This document shows, one piece after another, positions 7,424 to 16,129 of a stretch of 19,787 nucleotides of DNA. The DNA is from Archangium sp. Lineage in GTDB: Bacteria; Myxococcota; Myxococcia; Myxococcales; Myxococcaceae. A model generated the notes under the pieces. It was given only the letters and a program-made list of their open reading frames with translations. It was not told the origin of the DNA and ran no database searches. Position 1 is the first letter of the stretch, and the number at the start of each line of letters is the position of its first letter. A program made the position numbers and the translations under genes. Location of the stretch: contig JANLPS010000136.1 in assembly GCA_031367385.1 (NCBI GenBank), positions 1 through 19,787 of the forward strand, given 5' to 3'.

Positions 7424-8926
7424 TCAGACGCCGCCGGGGCGAAAGACTTGCAGCACGACGGGTGCCTCAGCCAGGGGGGCACCGCCACATCGAACCCGGG
7501 GCACGGTCGCCGGCTCACGACCCAGCAGGGTACGGTAGAGCGAGAGAAACGACCGGGGCCTGCGCAGTGGGTGAAAGAAGCGCCAGAGCTCGAACGGCGA
7601 CAACGGTACGACCTTCGGCATGAAGCTCCAGGTGCGACTTCGCCCGAAGGTGACCGCTGTCGACCCGAACTCTCCTCGAAAAAGACCTAACAGGTCGGCT
7701 GCCCAGCACTCGAAGCCGACGAGGTACGCTGCGGCGGGGTCGTCGCAGTCAACCCGCGCAAACGAGCAGTCGTGAGGGCGGTACTCGAGAACGTGGTACT
7801 CGTCGCCCGAGCGCAGGGCCAAGGCCAGCGCCGGCTTTCTGCCCAGGGTACGGGCGCCGTCAAGCGAGTGAAGCCCGCGAAACAGCCCGTGACCGTAGAA
7901 GTAAGCGGCCAAGTCGTTCAAATGAGCGCACAGCTCCTCGAGCTCGCCCACGGCCAGCTCGGCTTTCCCGCTGGCCGGCGCATACGCCTCGAGCAGCTCC
8001 ACATCTCCGCGGAACTCGCGGTCTGGCCAGCTCGCACGTGGGGCAGTCTTCAGAAATGGGAGTTCAGCCTCGACGTTCTCCACTCGGTAGTGTCGCAGAT
8101 GAATGGTCTGCCCAGGCGTCGGAGCCAAGAAGAGCCCGTCTGGCGTCAAGGCCTGCATGGCGGTCGCGACGCGAGCTGAATCGGCGAAGAAGGCGTTGTG
8201 GTTGAGCCACTCGCGATCGGCGTCGAAAGAGAGCCCTCCGCCACAGATGAGCATGCCGACGGGGGCCTCCCAAACGGCGCGTAAGTTGGCTTCTTCTTCA
8301 AGCAGCTGGCCCGCGACTTTCAGGGTATCGAAGGGCACGATTTTTTCGACCTCACCCGCCACCAGAAACGACCAATTGCTGCTGTTGTTCGTACACCCCC
8401 ACAGCCCCGGCTTGCTCACCAGCTGACGAAAGGCCTTGATGCTGCTCGGAAGGAAGGGGGTATCGACTGCCGAGAAGAAATTGCCGTGGCCCGCTTGATC
8501 GCGAACCAGAAACGGCAAGACGTCCCACTCGTCGAGGTGGTCGCGAGTGACGTGGTCGGGCGTCAAGAAGAAGACCTCGAGGTCACCCACCCGAAACCCT
8601 TCTCCGGGCTGGGCGAGGTGAACCGTGAAACCCATTTCGCCCAGAATCTGGCGTGCCGCGCTCGAAGAACGAACCGAAAGGATGATGGGAATTGAGCGCT
8701 CAAGGCGATTGAGCGTGGGAATGTCGAAGTGATCTTCATGCTCGTGGGAAATAAACACGGCATCAATCGCTGGAAAGAGGCCCAGGTTCACCACCCGCGG
8801 CGGGTACATGGCACCGACTGACCGGGCATGCCCGAAGTTCTCAGTCAGCAGCGGGTCGACCAACAAGCGCGTCGCTGGGGTCTGAAACAGCCACCCTTGG
8901 TGGCCGAGAAACGTGGAGGAGAACAT
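7424..8926 (-). CDS. Metallo-beta-lactamase-fold enzyme (500 aa), putative tailoring enzyme
   Basis: FLGHQGWLF...LLVDPLL and FISHEHEDH (HxHxDH), plus a long C-terminal extension. Start overlaps the upstream stop (TAATG at 8924-8928). Confidence 0.85.
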   Translation of the reverse strand: MFSSTFLGHQGWLFQTPATRLLVDPLLTENFGHARSVGAMYPPRVVNLGLFPAIDAVFISHEHEDHFDIPTLNRLERSIPIILSVRSSSAARQILGEMGFTVHLAQPGEGFRVGDLEVFFLTPDHVTRDHLDEWDVLPFLVRDQAGHGNFFSAVDTPFLPSSIKAFRQLVSKPGLWGCTNNSSNWSFLVAGEVEKIVPFDTLKVAGQLLEEEANLRAVWEAPVGMLICGGGLSFDADREWLNHNAFFADSARVATAMQALTPDGLFLAPTPGQTIHLRHYRVENVEAELPFLKTAPRASWPDREFRGDVELLEAYAPASGKAELAVGELEELCAHLNDLAAYFYGHGLFRGLHSLDGARTLGRKPALALALRSGDEYHVLEYRPHDCSFARVDCDDPAAAYLVGFECWAADLLGLFRGEFGSTAVTFGRSRTWSFMPKVVPLSPFELWRFFHPLRRPRSFLSLYRTLLGREPATVPRVRCGGAPLAEAPVVLQVFRPGGV

Positions 8927-10476
8927 TAAGGAGACCTCAGGCTGAAGGGCTCACCGTATTTGATCGACGGCAATGAGGTGCCAACGCTGGCGGCCTGCGC
9001 TGCTTGTATCGCCAGCGCTTTGGCCGACATCGACGCAATCTTCGCCGAGAAGAAGCTCGACTCTGCGTCGAAGCGAAACCACGGTGTCGAGCCCAGCGCG
9101 TAGGGGAAGAAGTACTTCAGGCCAGCTCGTTGAACCAGTCGGCGAATATTGACTTCGCTCACCCCCAGCATCGGGGAGGGCTCAAAGAGCCCCAGCGTCG
9201 TGACATACCAGGGCCACAAGCGCATCAGCGGCAACAACTCCTCGAACGAGTCTTGATACCCCTTCTGCATTCCCGTCCCGACGGTGCCAGCGCTGTAGAT
9301 GTTGCGCGCGAACAAGATGCCGGGCCGCGAACGCCCTTCCAGCCGGCCAATGAGCCAGTCGGTCTGAGCGTCAGTCAAAGCCGCATCGGCGATGAAGGTC
9401 GCCGTCGAGTGGGCCGTCTCGACGAGGTAGCAATTCCAACCATGAGGCAGTGACGCGGGGTACTCGCCGATGAAGGGAAAAGCGGTCACGGTGATTGAAC
9501 CGAAGGTGACCTTCTCGCCGTGGCCGAGGCTGACCACCTTGCGGTCGGCGCCGAGTATCTGGTGAATGATCTTGCGCAGATCGACTTCCCAGGGTCGGTT
9601 GACGGGGTCTGCTTTGGGCACGACGATGGTGGTTTGCAGCGGCAGCGCCAGCAACGTCCCCAGGCTGAAGTGATCAGCGTCTTGATGTGTAATCAATACC
9701 GCGTCGGGAGAAGGCAACGCGTGCATCGACAACTGCTCACACCTCGGCCCATAGGAAGTGAACAGGTGCTCGTCAGCAAACTCTGATGAGAAGACCTTGG
9801 GCAGCTCGTTGTCTCTAAAGTCGAACCGAGGCTGCAGGTAGGGGTCGACCCATACCGAGGCGTCGGGTGACTGAAAACTGACGGCCGCGTGCCCGAGCCA
9901 GGTCACGCGATCTCCCTCGCCTCTCTTGAGGCGCGCCGGCACCCGGTCGGCGCCCGCCGCAAGCGTCTCGACGATGCCCTGCTGAACCCAGACCGCGAGC
10001 ATTTCGTTGTCGAGCTCGACGCCCCACTCCGCGGCCCGCACCAGCAGCTCATCTTTGCCGATGCCCTGCATCAGGGCCGAAATGACTCGACCAAAGCCCT
10101 CGGTCATTTCTCCGGTCTCGTAGGCGAGCATGTCGTCGGCGCGTCGCTTGCGACCGTCGGCGAGCACCACGCGAAGTCGCTCCGGCTGAAAGTGCAGCAT
10201 GTCTTCGGCGTCGGGAGCGACCTTGAACTCGACTCGGCCGTCGACCAACGTGTTGGTGATCAGCCGATCGGCGAAGGGCACACCGAGTTGAATCTGATTC
10301 AAGCGGACCATCGACGTGGCCGACAAAGCGGCCTGGCGCAAGAAGGTGAGGGCGCCATCGAGGTGCGCCAGCCGCTGGCGCCCATCGCTCAGGTTCTGAG
10401 CGGTCACGCCGATGTTGCCCATGCGGAGCTCTGGCAACACATACGAAGACAGGGTGAGCCGTGGGCTCGACGTCAT
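8926..10476 (-). CDS. MBL-fold enzyme resembling CmlA-type non-heme diiron beta-hydroxylases (516 aa)
   Basis: ~185-aa N-terminal extension, then VTWLGHAAVSF...VDPY, ITHQDADH, PFIGEY, FIADA, WPWY and PYALGSTPW, in the order I recall for the CmlA family. ATGA overlap with the upstream gene. Confidence 0.7.
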   Translation of the reverse strand: MTSSPRLTLSSYVLPELRMGNIGVTAQNLSDGRQRLAHLDGALTFLRQAALSATSMVRLNQIQLGVPFADRLITNTLVDGRVEFKVAPDAEDMLHFQPERLRVVLADGRKRRADDMLAYETGEMTEGFGRVISALMQGIGKDELLVRAAEWGVELDNEMLAVWVQQGIVETLAAGADRVPARLKRGEGDRVTWLGHAAVSFQSPDASVWVDPYLQPRFDFRDNELPKVFSSEFADEHLFTSYGPRCEQLSMHALPSPDAVLITHQDADHFSLGTLLALPLQTTIVVPKADPVNRPWEVDLRKIIHQILGADRKVVSLGHGEKVTFGSITVTAFPFIGEYPASLPHGWNCYLVETAHSTATFIADAALTDAQTDWLIGRLEGRSRPGILFARNIYSAGTVGTGMQKGYQDSFEELLPLMRLWPWYVTTLGLFEPSPMLGVSEVNIRRLVQRAGLKYFFPYALGSTPWFRFDAESSFFSAKIASMSAKALAIQAAQAASVGTSLPSIKYGEPFSLRSP

Positions 10477-12233
10477 GACGCACGCTCCGTGGCATTCGCT
10501 TCATTATCGGCGGTTGGCGAAGCCTGCCTCAGCGCGAGCTGAAGCAACTCCGGGCTTTCGTTGATGAGCTTTCGAATGACGTTCAACGAAGACTCGAGTC
10601 GCCGCCCAGCAAAGAGCACCAGCGGGTAGGGGCAATAGTCTTTGGCGCCAACCGCCTGCGCGCACTCGCCGGGTACCTCAGCCACTTGCCGCTGCGCGAT
10701 CTCTCGGTACCTCTCGAGCTCATCGACCGGCAGGCCCATGGCGTCGGCCACATCTGCGAAGGCGTCGGTCTTGAGGTCGAGCCGCGCGGGGTCAGCCTTC
10801 GCCCATCGGTAGGCCTCGAAGAGCCGTTCTCCCTTCGTGGCCAAGCCGACCGCCATGATGGCTTCTGCCAACCCCGGTCTGGCCGACATGGCAAACCCGA
10901 CGCGAACGCAGAGCCCTCGGCCCTTCTCTTCGGCCAGCCAGGCATCCAAGCTCTTCATGAGCAATGCACACGTGAGGCAGTCGAGGTTCGCGATGACCGA
11001 AAGGTCATAGCCCCCGGGGCTGCGGGTCACCGAAACCGTCACCGCTTGGGCGTCGAACGACACCTGCTTCGCCTCGGCCAACTGGCGCCCGAGCCACCAA
11101 GGAGATTCTCGAAGCTGCTCCAACTCGGCTTGAAAGACACCGGCTCGGTCAGCCCCAATGAGGTGTGGCACGACTCCTGAGAGGACGAGCCCGAAAACCA
11201 AAAGCCACGCGACCCCGACCAGCGTCACTTCGAAGAGCGGGGGCAGGTGACGTGACACGACGAAGAGAAAATACACCCCCGAAGCCAGATTGACGGCATG
11301 CACCACGGCACACAGTCGGCAAAACATGCGGTTCTGCACCATCACCCAAAAGAACAGAGCCGCCTCGGGCAGCACAGCCAACGACAGACACCCCGTGAGA
11401 TATGCACCGGTCGGAAAGCACCCCAGCACCATCACTTGTGCTGAGAAAAACGCGACCCCGAGCCCCGACGCGGGAATGCCAGCCACCCTGGCAAAGCGGG
11501 AGTGAAGGAGATCATTGCAACCGCTGTGAGCGCCGCCGCACAGAAAATTCACGCTCTCACTGCCCCCGTACACACTCCGAATCATCGCGTAGCTCAGCCC
11601 CAGACCCACAGCGGCCAGACCGCCAAGCACCGCCACTGTGACCGGAGAGGCTCGAACCGCGCCCAAGGCCAAGAGCGCTGCCACCAGCCCAAGAAGAACG
11701 CGGGGCGCCCCGGGGGCTGAAGCAGGCCCGACCAAGTCGGTTCGAATTCGAAGCTCCTCGAAGAGACGCTCGACCAGTCTTCGACCGAGCCGGCCTGGTT
11801 CTGGGTGTGGAGGCCGGTGGAGTTCGGGGAGCTCGATGACGGCCAACACTCCGGAGAACTCGCGCGTAAACTGTGGGCGAGTCAGCGACCTCGATTTGTA
11901 GACAGAGTCCCACAGCTTGACCTCGGTCGCGCCCACCGACTCAATGAGCCCAAACCCACGGCTGCCGAGACCGCAGCACAAGACGACCCCAGGCTCGGGC
12001 GACTCCAAGCTCTCAACCTGAATCTCGCCCGTGGTGACCTCGAGCCCCAGGGCCTTGGCCGTCTCGACCACGGCAAGCATCGAGGTGGCGTTTTTCTGGG
12101 CTTCCACCAGCGAGCGCACGTGGTCGCGAGAGTACGGCAGCCCCAGACGACGACTGGCTTCGGCGAGGGCATGCGAGCCTTCAGCGACCCGCCAGGACTT
12201 CGGAACTTTCTCTTCGTCGGAGAGCTCGAGCAT
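10473..12233 (-). CDS. Fusion of C39-peptidase-like domain, VKOR and thioredoxin/DsbA-like domain
   Basis: Probable ATG at 12233 (MLELSDEEK). C39-like SMLAVVETAKALGL...LWDS...FTREFSGVL without an obvious catalytic Cys; VKOR loop CGGAHSGCNDLLHSRFA..AGIP and CRLC; C-terminal CLTC thioredoxin-like motif. Confidence 0.85.
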   Translation of the reverse strand: MLELSDEEKVPKSWRVAEGSHALAEASRRLGLPYSRDHVRSLVEAQKNATSMLAVVETAKALGLEVTTGEIQVESLESPEPGVVLCCGLGSRGFGLIESVGATEVKLWDSVYKSRSLTRPQFTREFSGVLAVIELPELHRPPHPEPGRLGRRLVERLFEELRIRTDLVGPASAPGAPRVLLGLVAALLALGAVRASPVTVAVLGGLAAVGLGLSYAMIRSVYGGSESVNFLCGGAHSGCNDLLHSRFARVAGIPASGLGVAFFSAQVMVLGCFPTGAYLTGCLSLAVLPEAALFFWVMVQNRMFCRLCAVVHAVNLASGVYFLFVVSRHLPPLFEVTLVGVAWLLVFGLVLSGVVPHLIGADRAGVFQAELEQLRESPWWLGRQLAEAKQVSFDAQAVTVSVTRSPGGYDLSVIANLDCLTCALLMKSLDAWLAEEKGRGLCVRVGFAMSARPGLAEAIMAVGLATKGERLFEAYRWAKADPARLDLKTDAFADVADAMGLPVDELERYREIAQRQVAEVPGECAQAVGAKDYCPYPLVLFAGRRLESSLNVIRKLINESPELLQLALRQASPTADNEANATERAS

Positions 12234-12246
12234 CGGTGCTGAAAGC

Positions 12247-14397
12247 TTACGCCGCGTCACCACCACCATCGAGCTGCATCTGCACCAACTGGGCGTAGGC
12301 GCCATTCAAGGCGAGCAATTCGTGATGGCGCCCTTTTTCAGCGATGCGCCCGTCTTGCATCACCAGAATGACGTCTGCGTGCGCCACCGTACTGAGTCGA
12401 TGCGCGATCACGACGCGAGTGCACTGAAGGCGAGCGAGCGCTTGCTGCACCTGATGCTCGGTGATCGCATCGAGAGCGCTCGTCGCCTCGTCGAGAACGA
12501 GAATCTTCGGCTTTCGAGCCAAGGCACGAGCGATCGCGAGACGCTGCCGCTGCCCGCCCGAGAGCGTCGTACCCCCCTGTGGAAGAATGGTATCGAGACC
12601 GGTCGGCAGTGCTCCGATGTCTTCAGCAAGACACGCCACTCGAATCGCCTCGTGAACCTCTTCGTCAGTCGCCCCGGGCGCAGTCTTCAAGACGTTCTCT
12701 CGAATGCTGCCAGAGAAGATGTGCGGTTGCTGAAGAACGATACCCATTTGTTGGCGCAGCGCTCGCAGCTCGAGCTCTTGCAGCTCGACGCCGTTGAACG
12801 AGATCGAGCCCGACGATGGCCGGTAAAGCCCCAGCAGCAGCATCGAGAGGGTCGATTTGCCTGAGCCGGAGCGGCCGACCACCGCCACCATCTTTCCCGG
12901 CTCAATGTGCAAGTCGACATCTTGGAGCACCAAGGGGGTGTCCGGTGCGTACCGAAAACTGACCCCTTTGAGGTCGATGCTCCCGTCGAGCTCGATCTCG
13001 CGACGGGGTCGGCCGGGTGGCTGCTCGACTTCGCTGTCGAAAACGTCATCGAGCCGCTCGCATGCGCTGGCAATGGCTTGAAAGGTGGAGGCCGTGTTGA
13101 TGAGGTTAGCCAGCGGTGTCAGCAGCGCGGAGGCGAGTGCCCACAGCCCGAGCATGGTGCCGAGCGACACCTGCCCGCTGAGCACCTGCTGGGCTCCAAA
13201 CCCCAGGAGAATGAGTGGAGCCGCCGTCTGCAGCGTTCCTTTGATCGCGTCGATCCACGCCTCGAACTTGCTGCGGGCGGTCATGACCTCGGCGTAGGTC
13301 AGCCTGCGCGGTACCCACTCATCGAGGCTTGCTTCTTCGGCGCCCATCGACTTGAGGTCGTTCACGGCAGTCAACATTTCGCTGAGGCCTTCATGCGATC
13401 GAGAGGTGGCTTCCAGCTCGCGTCGGGCGTACTGGCGGAGCGGCGCTCGACTCGCCCAAAACACCACCCCCATCAGCGCCCCGACCACCAGCGTGGTCAG
13501 CGCAAGCAGGGGGCTGAGCGCGAACAAGATGATGAAATAGAGCAGCGCGAGCGCCCCGTCGAGGAGCGAGCTCAGCGCCCCCTGGGTCAGAAACTGCCGA
13601 ACTTCTCCAATGGTATTGTAGCGGGCCAGCAAATCTCCTGTGTGCCGCGACTGAAAGTACGCCAGGGGCAAGCCCATCAAGTGCCGAATGAATGTGAACG
13701 GGAGCGCCATATCAAACCGGGCCCGCACCTCGGTGAGCAGATGTGCACGCACGATAGAGGCGACGAACTGCCCCGCGAGCACGCAGGCAAACCCCGCCAG
13801 GAGCACCACCAACAAGCGGTAGTCGCCGCGCGGCAGCACGCGGTCGATCACTGACCCTGTCAGAATTGGCACGGCGAGGCCGACCATCTGTAAAAGGGCC
13901 GTCGTCGCTAAGATTCGGCCCCAGCGCGACCGCTTGACGTGACGCACAATCCACGCCCAGCTCTGGCTGTCGGTCTGACCTCCGCCGGGCACAAATGCTT
14001 CGGTCGGTTCCAACAGCAACGCCACGTGGGTAAAGGCCCTGTTGAACTCGTCGAGGGAGAGCGTCTCGGGGCCACTGGCCGGGTCGATGATGTCTACCCG
14101 GTTGCCCCGAAGGCGCTCGAACACGACGAAGTGAACCCCTTTCCAGTGGAGAATCGCGCCGGGCTCGAGGTACCCGACCTGGTCGTTCTCGACCTGAACG
14201 CCCTGCCCATCAAGCCCCAGCTTTCGAGCCGCGTGGAGCAGGTCACGCGCCGTCGACCCCGAGCGACCTCGCCCGACCACCTGGCGCAGCTCGTCGAGCT
14301 TCGTTCGACGCCCGTGATAGCTGAGCACCATCGCGAGGCAGGCGATGCCGCAGTCCATCGAAGACATCTGCTGCACGAATGGAATTCTCTTCGCCAC
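12247..14397 (-). CDS. Peptidase-containing ABC transporter (PCAT; SunT/LagD-type bacteriocin exporter)
   Basis: C39 motifs QQMSSMDCG, HFVV and IIDP; TM domain; Walker A GRSGSGKS; LSGGQ; LDEATS; IAHRLS. GTG start. Confidence 0.95.
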   Translation of the reverse strand: MAKRIPFVQQMSSMDCGIACLAMVLSYHGRRTKLDELRQVVGRGRSGSTARDLLHAARKLGLDGQGVQVENDQVGYLEPGAILHWKGVHFVVFERLRGNRVDIIDPASGPETLSLDEFNRAFTHVALLLEPTEAFVPGGGQTDSQSWAWIVRHVKRSRWGRILATTALLQMVGLAVPILTGSVIDRVLPRGDYRLLVVLLAGFACVLAGQFVASIVRAHLLTEVRARFDMALPFTFIRHLMGLPLAYFQSRHTGDLLARYNTIGEVRQFLTQGALSSLLDGALALLYFIILFALSPLLALTTLVVGALMGVVFWASRAPLRQYARRELEATSRSHEGLSEMLTAVNDLKSMGAEEASLDEWVPRRLTYAEVMTARSKFEAWIDAIKGTLQTAAPLILLGFGAQQVLSGQVSLGTMLGLWALASALLTPLANLINTASTFQAIASACERLDDVFDSEVEQPPGRPRREIELDGSIDLKGVSFRYAPDTPLVLQDVDLHIEPGKMVAVVGRSGSGKSTLSMLLLGLYRPSSGSISFNGVELQELELRALRQQMGIVLQQPHIFSGSIRENVLKTAPGATDEEVHEAIRVACLAEDIGALPTGLDTILPQGGTTLSGGQRQRLAIARALARKPKILVLDEATSALDAITEHQVQQALARLQCTRVVIAHRLSTVAHADVILVMQDGRIAEKGRHHELLALNGAYAQLVQMQLDGGGDAA

Positions 14398-14489
14398 GAG
14401 CGTGAGACGCTATCACGCGCATTCTGAAGGACGACTTACCGCCCGCTTTTCTGGCCTCGTGCCGGGGGTGACCTACACTCGTCGCCGAA

Positions 14490-15848
14490 ATGCGTCGCGC
14501 TCCCTCCGCCTCTTGGCTCGCCTTGGTGATCGCCGCCCACGCCACGTCAAGCTTCGGTGAGAGGCTCACCCTGCCTCAGGCGGTCAGTCGGGCGATGGAG
14601 GTCGACCCCTCCCTCGCTGCGGCGCACACGCTCGAAGATCGAACCAAGCTGGCAGTTCTGCGTGCCCAGCTCGACCGTGTCTCGGTCACGGTTGATGGCC
14701 AAGTCTCCGAGCTGTGGAACCGGTACGGCATTGGCCTTTCGACGGAGCAGGCTCTTGGCGCAGAGGTGCCCACGAACCAGGGGTTGTTCGGCCTCACGGC
14801 CGTCGTTTCGGTGCCGCTCTTCTCGGGGTTGCGGGTCGAGTCGACCGTCGGGCGGGCGCAAAAGCTTCGAGAAGCTCAAAGCGGCTCGGTGACGTTGAGT
14901 CGAAACGACTTGGCGCTCTCGGTCGCTCGCGCGTACTGGGCCATCAGACGCACCTCGCTGTTGACCGAAGTTCAGTCCCGCTCGGTTTCACGACTCGAAG
15001 AGGCGGAGCAGATCGTCAGCGTTCGAGTTCGAGCGGGGTTGGCCCCGCCAATCGATCTGAACCGAGCCAAGCTGCGCCGCCTGCAACTGACGGTCGCGCT
15101 GGTCGAGCTCGAGGGTCAGGCCCGGCAAGCCGCGGCCGAGTTCGCCGTGGCCCTCTCGCTTTCGAAAGAGGTCGAGTTGGTCGATATGCCAAACGTCAGA
15201 CCACTGCTCGAAAAGACGCTCCCCGCAGTCGAGCTCCTCGTCGAAGATGCCAAGCGCGACCGCCCCGAGTTGGCCATCGCCCACCTTCAGGTCGAGGCTC
15301 AGCGCTCTGGCGTCAGCATCGCTCGCTCGGGCTATTTCCCGCAGCTTTCGGCGATCAGTCTGCTGCAGCTCGGCAACAACCCGCAGATCTTGAGCGCAGG
15401 CTCAAAGGTCAGCCCGACCTCATGGAACCCGTTTCTCAATGTGTCGGCCAACATCACCTTCGGAGCAGTGCTGTCGGGCAACATCTTCAACATGCTCAGC
15501 ACCTACACCGCAGTTGCTGATGCAACGTACGAGCTCGACCGACTGACCGAGGAGGAGCGACGCGCGGCTCGTCTCATTGAGACGAACGTTCGAACCGCCT
15601 ACATCAAGGTTCAGGCGTTGATGAAGCGACGAACCCCCCTCGTCGAGGCGCATGAAGTCGCCGCCGACAATCTGACGATTCTGGAGGCCCGCTACGCGCA
15701 GGGGTCATCGCTTGTCATCGAGCTGCTCGACTCGCAGCTCGAGCTGACGAACGCCGAGCTCAATCTCAGTGACCTTGACGCGCGGCTCGCCCTGGCTTGG
15801 CTCGAGCTCCAAGCGGCGCTCGGCGTCACGCTCGGTACCGAGCCCTAA
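14490..15848 (+). CDS. TolC-family outer membrane efflux protein
   Basis: Signal peptide, LTLPQAVSRAM, VSVPLFSG, RPEL...ARSGYFPQLS and RYAQG..LVIELLDSQ; divergent from the PCAT gene. Confidence 0.9.
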   Translation: MRRAPSASWLALVIAAHATSSFGERLTLPQAVSRAMEVDPSLAAAHTLEDRTKLAVLRAQLDRVSVTVDGQVSELWNRYGIGLSTEQALGAEVPTNQGLFGLTAVVSVPLFSGLRVESTVGRAQKLREAQSGSVTLSRNDLALSVARAYWAIRRTSLLTEVQSRSVSRLEEAEQIVSVRVRAGLAPPIDLNRAKLRRLQLTVALVELEGQARQAAAEFAVALSLSKEVELVDMPNVRPLLEKTLPAVELLVEDAKRDRPELAIAHLQVEAQRSGVSIARSGYFPQLSAISLLQLGNNPQILSAGSKVSPTSWNPFLNVSANITFGAVLSGNIFNMLSTYTAVADATYELDRLTEEERRAARLIETNVRTAYIKVQALMKRRTPLVEAHEVAADNLTILEARYAQGSSLVIELLDSQLELTNAELNLSDLDARLALAWLELQAALGVTLGTEP

Positions 15849-15892
15849 AAAGAACAACCGCGCTGGCGACGTTGAAGCGATCGCCAACGCGG
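15847..15892 (-). terminator. Rho-independent terminator for the precursor gene
   Basis: Minus strand CCGCGTTGGCGA-N11-TCGCCAGCGCGG (12-bp stem with one G-U pair) followed by TTGTTCTTTTT, 22 nt after the precursor stop. Confidence 0.75.
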
Positions 15893-15914
15893 GGAGTGCT
15901 CGATTCACTGATTG

Positions 15915-16079
15915 TTACGGGCAGTAGCTCGGGCCGCACTTCGAGCCGTACATAAATACTTGATAAGGGTTGTTGAGGGGCGAGCAACAGCCATAGATGG
16001 TCATGCCGCCACCGTGGCTTGCAAGCGACTCTTCAGAAACGGGCTTCAGGGCGGTCTTCAGCGAAAGCATCTTCTTCAT
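15915..16079 (-). CDS. Double-glycine-leader RiPP/bacteriocin precursor peptide (54 aa; not in ORF track)
   Basis: Manual translation: MKKMLSLKTALKPVSEESLASHGGG|MTIYGCCSPLNNPYQVFMYGSKCGPSYCP-stop. With cleavage after G25 the leader has V-12, S-11, L-7 and GG. Flanked by a promoter and a terminator; PCAT nearby. Confidence 0.85.
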   Translation of the reverse strand: MKKMLSLKTALKPVSEESLASHGGGMTIYGCCSPLNNPYQVFMYGSKCGPSYCP

Positions 16080-16129
16080 GGGGTTGTCCGGGTTGGGGTG
16101 GGTTGTTAGGTGATTCGATGGTGAGCTTT

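Noticed and set aside
7424..10476. MBL genes as antibiotic-resistance beta-lactamases
   Set aside because: About 500 aa, no signal peptides, and operonic with a peptide exporter; they share only the fold.
12234..12305. Upstream start of the VKOR fusion at 12305
   Set aside because: It overlaps the PCAT 3' end; the ATG at 12233, 13 nt after the PCAT stop, is more plausible.
15915..16004. Lanthipeptide, sactipeptide or conotoxin identity for the core
   Set aside because: No dehydratase/cyclase or radical SAM gene is in the window. The CC-C-C pattern recalls alpha-conotoxins, but loop sizes differ and there is no evidence of homology.
15912..16109. 65-aa plus-strand ORF from the track
   Set aside because: TTG start and no recognisable motif; it is antisense to the much better supported precursor gene.
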